A DNA stretch of 21,026 nt, from assembly GCA_030141605.1 (NCBI GenBank), contig JAQGDQ010001923.1:1-21026 (forward strand). The letters run 5' to 3'. This DNA is from Tubiluchus corallicola. Taxonomy: Eukaryota > Animalia > Priapulida. The position numbers were made by a program, and so were the translations under genes. This document shows, in pieces, positions 11,861 through 21,026 of this stretch (positions within the stretch are counted from its first letter, which is position 1; each line of letters starts with the position of its first letter). The notes beneath the pieces were generated by a model. The model made no database searches, was not told the origin of the DNA, and saw nothing but the letters and a program-made list of their open reading frames with translations.

Positions 11861-12689
11861 TTAATTTTTCTGTCCCATTTCTCTACTCATTATCTGCGTT
11901 GAGTAATAATGGTAAAATAAATCGCAATGGTTAATAAGAATTCTGGCAATAACAGCCATAATTAATTAATAAAAATAGAAGTTATCTATGTGTTAATTAC
12001 TTTAATATTTAGCAGCAATGTTTTTAATTTTCTTAATTTTTTCTTTTTTCTGCTTTTAACATCGCAAACTGTTGCTGTTGTAGGCGACGTATTTATTGTG
12101 CACAAATCTGTCGATATTTGTGTTTAGTAACTTATAATTACGTGTTTGAACATCGTGAAGCTAGTGGCATAATCTGTTTCTGTACTCCCAACTGTCAAAA
12201 TTGATAGTGTATCAAAAACCTTTGGCCTTAGTAAACTAAGTGCATAACTATGTTCACAAAACTATATGTGCCGCTGTGAATTGCTTACAAATTAGTACAT
12301 CCCAGGATATTATTACGCAGGTATTGTATAAAAATAAATTAAGAATGACTAATTAAGTGTAATAAAATTAATTGGGCTTACATAGGTCAAGCTTTGTTTT
12401 TGTCACTGATTCTGGCGTAGCACTTTAGTTAAATTAACTTGGCGCAACGCGTTTCTTGTTTCATTAAAACACGAGAACACCAGGAACAAGCATTGAACAT
12501 ATACTATTTAGAGGAAACCGTGACGAACGTGAATCATGTAAGCATAGGCTTGTAGCTTTTTAGATTACAAAATCATCTTATTACATACATTAGTCTTTTC
12601 ATTATACCACGTCACTGTTCTTCCAAATCTAGTTTTAAACGTGTAAGGATATAAAGAAATTGTTATTAATTGTGTTAATACACAAGATG

Positions 12690-13130
12690 AAATGTAATAA
12701 ATGTAAATGTATTGCATACGTGAAATATCATAAAAAATTAAAACCGAAAATAATAATAATAATCATAATAATAATAAATACAAAGAAATATATAGCAATA
12801 TTCAACAATATTTAAAGAAGGGCGGGACGGCGATAGACCAAAATGATCATCTAGTCTGCCATCCCGTGAAACTACAAATCTCTGCATGTCGAGTGAGCAT
12901 AATTATAGCAAAAAGTAAAAAATATAGGCAAAGAATTAATTAAAAATAAGTTGACGGAGAAAGTGAAAATGAGAGTTAGAAAAATGAATGTGAGAAAGAA
13001 AAAATCTGGCATTGTGATTTGAGAATGAATTTGAAATAAAAAAACCACTGGGGACTTTAAGAGGCGATTTCAAAAGTTCTAAACCAACTAGATTGCCAAA
13101 TGCTTCTAAAGTTTATGAAATCAAGACGAA
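12690..13130 (-). mobile_element. Probable decayed 3' end of a CR1/L2-group LINE
   Basis: Minus-strand stem-loop cgggatggcagactagatgatcatttggtctatcgccgtcccg (about 12824-12866) followed by an AT-rich tail. Upstream, the minus strand reads NFRSIWQSSWFRTFEIAS*SPQWF, spaced like an ORF2 C-terminal motif (R.FSI.YQGP..). Confidence 0.38.
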
Positions 13131-14369
13131 ATTCACAGAAAAAGTAGAATATTGCATGTAAAGACAAAGCAAACGTTATAATTTTATTTTGTTTTCACAA
13201 TTCGCTCAATGTATTTGCTCGTTTGTTTTTTACTCGGATTGCAATTGTCGTAAAATGATTTTCCCATTTTGCTAATTAGCTCATTGCCTGAACGTGTGAA
13301 TGAATGCTGTTTCCAATTCTTTCATTTTATTAAAAGTTTTATCACAAATATGACGAAACAGCATATCACATAATGCGTATATTGGAATAACATCGACGAT
13401 AACAAACTTTGACAGAATAGGACATTTCTAAATTCATATTAACCCTCAGCCGACCAAGGGGTTTTTATTTTACAATAAAGACCAAGCGGGGTAAAAAATT
13501 GCCTCACGAAACTTTTGCTTAACATGTGATGCTAACTGGACAGAATGACCAACTGGTAATTGAGGGGCTCCTGTTCGGCGGCAAGTTGGCATAGATATAT
13601 GAGGGCACCAAGGATAAAAAGAGGCTTTCCACCACTGCAGTATATTATTTATGCCACATTATTTATGCTTGGTTTTTCAAATCTTGTGAATTTTTTTACA
13701 ATAACCAATAATACGATGTTCACTGTTTAATTCTAAGATATCCACTTCGTCTTCACTTGCTGGATCTTCTAAAATTTTATCTTCATCAGCTTCAAGCTTA
13801 GTCACCTGTACAGCTAAAGTTCCCGCCATATTACTGAATGAAGAATGTCCACAAAATTTAATATGAAATTTTCTCAACAGATCGTTAGAAAAATCTCTTT
13901 GCAAAACTGCAGGCCGAATTGGATGTTTGCAGCACTTCTCAGTTTTAAACGTAAACACATGGTGCTGCCAGAAAGAAAAATACCGCAAAGCAAATTCCAA
14001 AATTTTGCCTACATAAAAGACTAAGAGATAATAAGTTACCCCACGTCAGATAGTATCTGGCACATGTGCTTTGTAAAAAAAGCATTAATAATACTTAACA
14101 AACATCAAGTACAGCAATGTGCTCCATGTTGTATTTTATGAAACTAAAAACTTATGAAATCTTGAAATTTATCCATCATCAGTTAGTTGCAAGAACGTAT
14201 AATATGAGTTCTATTACTGCCTGTTTATGTTTCTTTCCTAATTATCGCAAGACATAAAACATTTACGTCTTTCAAATGCGCCGTATTAGCACACCTAAGA
14301 AACAATTTCGTGCATGTTCATACCACAAGTACTCAAGTACACGACTTTGCACACCACACACATCTTCCA

Positions 14370-15380
14370 GATAATTTATACGAGTTCACAAGCCTCACAT
14401 GTTCTTAGACAGTTTCGTACAAGTCCACAATCCTGAGATAGCTTCATACAAGTTCACATGTCCCGGGACAGCTTGATGCAAGTTCACACGCCTCACATGT
14501 CCTCGAATAGCTTTTACTAGCTCACATGTCCCGGGGCAGCTTCATACTAGTTCACATGTCCCGAGGCAGCTTCATACTAGTTCACATGTCCCGGGGCAGC
14601 TTCATACTAGCTCACATGTCCCGGGGCAGCTTCACACAAGTTCATATGTCTCGGGACAGCTTCATACTCGTTCACATGTCCCGGGGCAGTTTCATACAAG
14701 CTCACATGCCCCGGGGCAGCTTCATACTAGTTTACATGTCCCGGGGGCAGCTTTGTACAAGTTCACATGTCCTGGGACACCTTCATACAAGTTCACGCGC
14801 TCCACATGTCTTTAGACAGCTTCATACAAGTTATCACTAATCACACCTCACATGTCTTTAGACAGCTTCATACAAGTTATCAGTAATCACACCTCACATG
14901 TACTTTGACAGCTTCATACAAGTTATCAGTAATCACACCTCACATGTACTTTGACAGCTTCATACAAGTTATCACTAATCACACCTCACATGTACTTTGA
15001 CAGCTTCATACAAGTTATCACTAATCACACCTCACATGTACTTTGACAGCTTCATACAAGTTATCACTAATCACACCTCACATGTACTTTGACAGCTTCA
15101 TACAAGTTATCACTAACCACACCTCACATGTACTTTGACAGCTTCATACAAGTTATCACTAATCACACCTCACATGTACTTTGACAGCTTCATACAAGTT
15201 CACATGCCTCACATTTCCTCAATAAAGTTCCATACAAGTTCACATGTCCTGGGATAGCTTTTTACAAGCTTACATGTCCCGGGGCAGCTTCATACAAGTT
15301 CACATGCCTCAAATTTCCTAAATAAAGTTCCACACAAGTTCACATGTATATTCAGACAACCTCGTACAAGTCGTACAAGT
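14370..15380 (+). repeat. Composite minisatellite with 30-bp, 46-bp and 40-bp unit variants
   Basis: About 9 copies of cacatgtcccggggcagcttcatactagtt (14523-14793). Eight full copies of cacatgtactttgacagcttcatacaagttatcactaatcacacct (14803-15170). Then 40/30/30/40-bp units (15201-15340), with degenerate copies on both flanks. Confidence 0.95.
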
Positions 15381-15777
15381 TTAAATGTCTACAATTCCCC
15401 AAACCACCACCAACGCATCGACACAGATTTGATTGCTTTCACTCAGCTTCAAACAAGTTAGCACACCTTACCACGTCTTTAAACAATCTTACTCACTTTC
15501 TCAAGTTTGCAAGCAAAGTCAGAGTACTAAGAGCTCAGTTCTTTATTATTTCTCATAGCTGTCTGCATTTTTAACTACATCTTCGCCTGTCTTTAAATAC
15601 CTTTACAAAACATCGCATGATTTCTCGACTTACTATACAGAACTTCAAATCGTTCAAATAGCTTTACATTAGTTCACACAGCTTCACACATGTTCGTAAA
15701 CATATTTACATACACGCCCTCACATTATTTACACAAATTTACTTGCTCCAACGTCTTCGTGCAGCTTAAGCAAGATC

Positions 15778-16013
15778 CAGTGCTGTCAAGAGCTATTGCG
15801 AACCTCGAGGTAGTAAGCATTATTGGTCCCACTTCAAGTTTCAAAACATTACCTAAAGCTCAACTAAACACAGAAATGACACCATTAATGACATACTGCA
15901 CTGTGTTTTTAACAGGGCCGTCGAAAGCATTGCGGGTCCCGGAACAGTAAGCATTGTGTGCCCCACTTCAAATGACAAAACATTACATAAACCTGAACTA
16001 AACACAGAAATGA
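15778..16013 (+). repeat. Two diverged ~100-bp tandem copies resembling a DNA-transposon left end (CAGGGCCGTC)
   Basis: 15778-15879 and 15913-16013 share agtaagcatt, cccacttcaa, caaaacattac and aactaaacacagaaatga. Confidence 0.7.
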
Positions 16014-16240
16014 ATCAAACGCAGGATTCCATAAATTCCTCATTATTTCCAATGCCTCCACCAATTAAAAATGCACTACTGATGAAGGAAAAGTTATAAA
16101 AACACGAGAAGAAATGGCTAATGCAGGAAGACAACTTTATGAAGAAAAAAACTTTAGCAGCTCTAGCTATATGAAACCCTGGTTGCGTCTTTAATATTTT
16201 CAGACCCCCTAGACACACAGGCCCTGCGCACTGGCCCGTC

Positions 16241-16346
<106 letters not shown>

Positions 16347-16624
16347 CTATCGTATCGACAAGATCATACAGCTTCACACAAACAGGTGTAAATGTCACCG
16401 GCCTTTCCAGGCAAAATTAGACAGGTTAATACAATTTCAGCTCAATACAATTAATACCGCACGCATAACCTATTCAGGCAGCCTTTTTAAAGCTTACACG
16501 GAATATTTCAGTTTTGCATAATTTCGCAAAGCTTTTGGCATCTACAGACAGCTACACTCAAACGCATAATCTCGAAAGCGTTTTGATATATATTAATTCA
16601 CAGTTTATAATATTCTACAGGACC

Positions 16625-16807
16625 ATGGCTGCATGGCGATTGATATTAGCTGTTATTATGGCAACGCAGATGCGTGTAAGCATAGCTGCATGTCCCGAAG
16701 CCGGCAGCATAGAACCCTGTATTTGCATGGAACCCTGGGAAGGTGAAGACGACATTATAATGACGTGTGACGAAACAACGTTTGTGAGAGTCACCGAAGT
16801 TCTTGGG
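16625..16807 (+). CDS. LRR protein coding exon 1 (signal peptide and LRRNT)
   Basis: Acceptor ttctacag ends at 16620; ATG at 16625; donor GGG|gtatgc; 61 codons. Confidence 0.88.
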
Positions 16808-19800
16808 GTATGCTGTTACTTATACTATATGTTGGTTCAGACATTGTATGCATGTCAAATCAAAGTTAACCCATTTACGTTTATGTAATACATAAACGTA
16901 AGGTACATGTATAATGTATATCTATAATACGTATAGAGGCTAATGTATAAAAGGCTTAGAATATATATATATATAATGTATAAAAAGCTTAGAATGACTT
17001 TGAGTTTGCCAACTTCAACAGCCCACGTGTCATTATTTTCTAGTCACAGAGATTTAAACTTTATTGCTTCTTAAAGTCAATTTAACCCTTTCAGTCCCAA
17101 ATTATTTTTTTAATAAGAAGAAAATTTTTTTGATTTGGTACTTTTGTTTAGTATGCCCATCTTGTTTACACATAATAATTATTTTTTTCTACCTGTGCCC
17201 GTGTGCTAAATATAGCCTGTATCCCACGGGATACATTGGGATTCAATGGAAGCATAAAATGTGCTTCATTTTGCAACTGCTGATAATTTTTAAAAGTATT
17301 TAAGACATTTAGTATGCACGCTATGCTGATCTGTACAAAGTCGTTTCTAAAGTACTGTACCTTGGGCAGTTTTTATACTATGTAGATTTTCTAGTTTGCC
17401 ATTTTATCACCATTTTAGTCTATTGTTATTGGATTAAATCAAAATAACTATTAACAGATCAAATAACTCTCAGTCTTAAAATTTTATTAATTTTAAAGGC
17501 AGAAAATATTCTCGTATCCCACGGGATACAACGGGTATGAATGGGTTAAACTCGGAGCTGCTTAATTGTACTTGATTGTGGCCGTGTTTCTGCAACCACC
17601 GTAAACACAACTAAAAGCTAACCAATAGCTAATAACTAATAGCATTAAGTCCTGAAATTTTTTTTTATTTTAGTGCTTTGCGGTTTATGTAGGTCAGACC
17701 AGACATCTTTCTAAACATTGTAGCAGTTACTACTGATAAGTTTTTGCAATTGCAAACTACCACTGATAAGTAGCTCATGATTTGTATTTCCTGTATTCTT
17801 ACCTTCCATTCTCTACTGTAAATTAGTTCCTCGGCTCATATTCTTGTTTATCAAATTAGATGGTTAATCCGTCAACACCTGTGTATAAACTGGAAGTGAC
17901 GCGGAGTCCAGACGAGGCTTTGCCGTCTCAGTTTCTCTCCGGACATGCAGTGACTGAAATCTACATCACAGACGGTGCATTGATAGACATCAGTGATGGA
18001 GCTTTCGATGATACCGAAGAAAAAACAACAAAATTGGTGCTTTCTAACAATCAGATTGAAGGTATACCAGAGACAATAACCTTAAACAACTTGAAAACCT
18101 TCGATGTTTCACGCAATAAGATTACATCTATACCAGAACTTCAGCGAATTAGTGTTGGGCTCATGTTCTTTTATGCCTCACAGAATAACATACCGGCTAT
18201 TGAAGGTCAGTCACTTACGGGGCTTGAAAACCTTCTTCAGGTAGATCTTCAGAATAACGAGATCGTTTCAGTAAGCGGAGATGCTTTCAGTGGTTTGGTA
18301 TCCTTATCTCATTTATGGATGCAGAGCAATGGCATGACATCATTGCCCGGAAACGTTTTTACCGACAATGCCAAGCTCGAATACCTAAACCTCGAGGAGA
18401 ACAACCTGGCGGCCATTCCAGAAGAGGCATTTAGCAACACTTTCATACGAGATCTGTATCTTGGTTTTAATTCGATCTCACAGATAGGCCCTTCTGCGTT
18501 TGCCAACATGGAAAATTTGTCAAAACTGGATTTACAAGAGAATCAGTTGACAACAATTGTTCAAGGAACGTTCTCAAATCTACCAAACCTACAGTCTCTG
18601 AACCTTCAAAGTAATAATATAGGTAAGTTCTCATGAGTTTATTGATCCGCCTTTATAATATCATGACTTAGTTAGAAAAACATACTTTTTACACAGTTCT
18701 TTCTCAGTGCACTCATGCATTCTTTGTGCAATGAGAGATTAATCAGTATCTATTTGCCATTTGTTCTCAAAGTTAACAGCAACTGGAAAAGAACAAAATT
18801 TTTGAGCAACAATATGGCCGCCCTCCATTGTTCAGTAAGCTCACAATAAGCCTTTTCACAGTTGCAGCAAGTTATGATATCGTGAGAAGGTCGATGGTTA
18901 GGTGTACCAGACAACGCATTTGTGTACACTTGACAGCGCCTCGCAGCCATGCTGCAACAGTTTTAACTGCTAGCCCTTACCTAGTTCATTTTTTCTTGTT
19001 CCCATGCAAGATCCTGATAGTAAATCCCTCTACGCACAGACTAATACGTAATTAAGTAAAGTCGATTTAAAACAGCTGAAGTTACTGAACCGATGCGGCA
19101 GACGGCTTTGCTTTAACCACATGTCACGCGGCGGTCGTAGTTAAAACGCGCTGCCGTGGTACACTTAACCTTTGACCCTGCAGCAACTGCGCGTGCGCAC
19201 AACGAAACTGTGAAAAGACTTGTTGTTGAATTGTCAGGTAATTGCTGATGTTATCACAATGAAACCGAAATCTGAAGCGGAAAGTCATTGAATGATTGAA
19301 TTTACCTGACTTTGTGATGAACATACATGCCCAGTGTACTCATCTCACCACAGCACCTCTTCTGCGCAACACGTGTAGTGGCCTATTTCACATTCAGTCC
19401 AGTGACTTCGCTGATCACAAGTACAATTATTAGTCAGTTTATAATGTGAGTTTAAAAGAATCTGAGTTTCTAACGTCTGACAAAGTAAACCAATTGCATA
19501 AAATTGATTTTAACAGACAGGTTAGTGTCAGAACCGAGAACATGGCGAGTATTATATTGCTACTCACAATATTCTAATAGCGCATTCAGATGTAGAGACT
19601 TCTCTCGCAAGAGAAGTTGCCAAACCGTTCACACGTGCGACTTTACTCTCAGAGAGAAGTTGCGAGAAACGTCTCTACGTCTGAACGCGCAATAAGAACT
19701 ACAGAGTATCTGTGGCAACAAAAAAATATGTGATGCAGCCAGTGATGGATGTGTGACTACTCACTAGTGCAGCAAGTGTGGAATACGCAGCAGTTTTTAG

Positions 19801-21026
19801 TCAAATTTAAAAAAAACATTCTATGCTCTGCCACAAAAAATGCACACTCTAGCTGAATCATTTGTCGCCATAGATTGTGCATGTTTATTCATCATGTACA
19901 CCTCCCGTATGAAGCATGCTGTTTTTGAATATCGAATACTTACTACTTATGATTTGACATCCTTTCTATTTACATTAACTATAACTGATGAACAATTTAT
20001 ATCAATATGTGGTTATTTGATTATGTTTTGCAGAGGATCTTTGTGCAGGAGCGTTTCATGACGTCATTTCGATCCCTTCTCTGAACTTCGCAAATAATGA
20101 GATACAGTTTTTGTTACGAAGTGCCTTTTCATTCTCTAATAATGTTTCTCTTCCTGCGACATGGCTGGACATTGATCTTGCTGGTAAGACTTTGTTGTCA
20201 AAGTATGGATGCCACCTTAGGATAAGATATGGAATAAAGAGGCTTTGGCAGAAATGAAATATATTTTAGTGATGCACAGTGTATTTTGGATACTAACTGT
20301 GGTAGCCATTTTTTTTCAAAAATCTACCTGTTACCCTATATACCCTGTATTCTGTGCCTATTTCTAGGTAATCCGATGACATGCGACTGCAATGCGGCAT
20401 GGCTAAAGCAGGTGGCAGGGAAAACTAGTGCTACTTGTGCAGCTCCATGGGAAATGGAGGGACTGGATTTGGACTTGATACCAGAGCCCGTACTGACATG
20501 CCACGATCCGAGCCACAACATTACGGACCAGGACATCTGTGATGATGAAACTACTCTGCCCACATACCCACTGCCGCAGACAGCTCAGTGCCCAGATGCC
20601 GATCTTCTTAAACCGTGCTATTGCCGCTCGAATTATGACAATGCAACTTACAACATCTACTGCCGTGAAGCCCAGCTTTCTGAAATACAAAACATTATGC
20701 AATATCTGAATGAAACAGTTGCAAGTTTTACTATTGATTATTGTCCGATAAACACAATTCCGAAAGACATGTTTTATGGCGTCTATATACAAGAACTATA
20801 TATCACACACAGTAATGTTACATACGTGGACGCTGATGCATTTAATGGCATTGGAGATGAGACGTTCAGCAGTCTCACACTTCTCCATATGAGCAACAAT
20901 CAGTTGACGTCCATCATTGGCGATGCACTAGTTCCATTAAAGGAGAGCTTGGTAGTGCTGGATCTATCACAGAACTCGATTAATCAGACATTATCATCCG
21001 ATTTTGATGGCTTCGATGATAGAGCA
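16625..21026 (+). CDS. Secreted or cell-surface LRR protein with tandem LRRNT-LRR-LRRCT modules, 3'-partial; join(16625..16807,17860..18622,20034..20183,20368..>21026)
   Basis: Kozak-context accATGg, then a signal peptide MAAWRLILAVIMATQMRVSIAA. LRRNT CPEAGSIEPCIC, about 12 LRRs, LRRCT GNPMTCDCNAAWL...C..P...C, then a second LRRNT CPDADLLKPCYC and more LRRs. Four GT-AG exons give 585 uninterrupted codons. Confidence 0.92.
17086..17545. mobile_element. piggyBac-like non-autonomous element
   Basis: TTAA at 17082-17085 and 17546-17549; CCC...GGG termini; imperfect TIRs (ccctttcagtccc versus cccattcataccc). Palindrome gtatcccacgggatac at 17219-17234 and 17514-17529. Confidence 0.7.
17860..18622 (+). 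CDS. LRR protein coding exon 2 (LRR array)
   Basis: Acceptor tcaaattag; donor G|gtaagt; repeated LxxLxLxxNxIxxIxxxxFxxL units. Confidence 0.95.
18843..19226. mobile_element. Unclassified MITE-like element
   Basis: 21-bp inverted repeats acaataagccttttcacagtt (18843-18863) and aactgtgaaaagacttgttgt (19206-19226), 2 mismatches; CpG-rich interior. Confidence 0.6.
19572..19698. mobile_element. Short palindromic MITE, possibly PIF/Harbinger-like
   Basis: 39-bp arms 19572-19610 and 19660-19698 with 6 mismatches. Candidate target-site duplications are TAA (19575, 19693) or AATA (19576, 19691). Confidence 0.7.
20034..20183 (+). CDS. LRR protein coding exon 3 (EDLCAGAFHDVISIPSLNFANNEIQFLLRSAFSFSNNVSLPATWLDIDLA)
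   Basis: Acceptor gttttgcag; donor G|gtaaga; 150 nt, phase 1-1; continues the LRR register. Not in the ORF track. Confidence 0.9.
20368..21026 (+). CDS. LRR protein coding exon 4 (LRRCT, linker, second LRRNT and LRRs); runs off the window
   Basis: Acceptor tttctag; open frame GNPMTCDC...CPDADLLKPCYC...LLHMSNNQLTSI...LVVLDLSQNSI to the window end. Not in the ORF track. Confidence 0.93.

Noticed and set aside
14526-14840. ORF with an MSRGSFILVH decapeptide repeat
   Set aside because: Product of the 30-bp minisatellite. The frame is broken by a 31-bp unit and by 46-bp units, and there is no splice or domain support.
14803-15200. CRISPR-like regular repeats
   Set aside because: Units are head-to-tail with no unique spacers, there are no cas genes, and the context is eukaryotic.
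16941-16995. 22-bp direct repeat flanking (AT)n
   Set aside because: Explained by simple slippage duplication; no functional signal.
18309-20792. Minus-strand ORFs 18309-18509, 20336-20563 and 20403-20792
   Set aside because: Antisense shadows of the LRR exons, with no independent coding signal.

Overview
AT-rich, intron-containing animal DNA, probably from an invertebrate bilaterian; the species cannot be read from the sequence. It holds parts of two + strand spliced genes. (1) The last seven coding exons of a homodimeric kinesin-2 of the KIF17/OSM-3 type (1234-7822), with GT-AG introns and consistent phases. (2) The first four coding exons of a signal-peptide-bearing leucine-rich-repeat (LRR) protein built from at least two tandem Cys-capped LRR modules (16625 to past the window end). 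Introns and the ~8.8 kb gap between the coding regions carry several MITE-like DNA transposon relics, a tRNA-derived SINE-like head, a probable LINE 3' remnant, a composite 30/46-bp minisatellite, long microsatellites and three co-oriented CTCF-like motifs. Most ORFs in the supplied track are artefacts. I found no convincing undescribed multi-gene system; the tandem-module LRR protein is the best lead. All alignments were done by eye and family assignments come from recalled sequences, not database searches.
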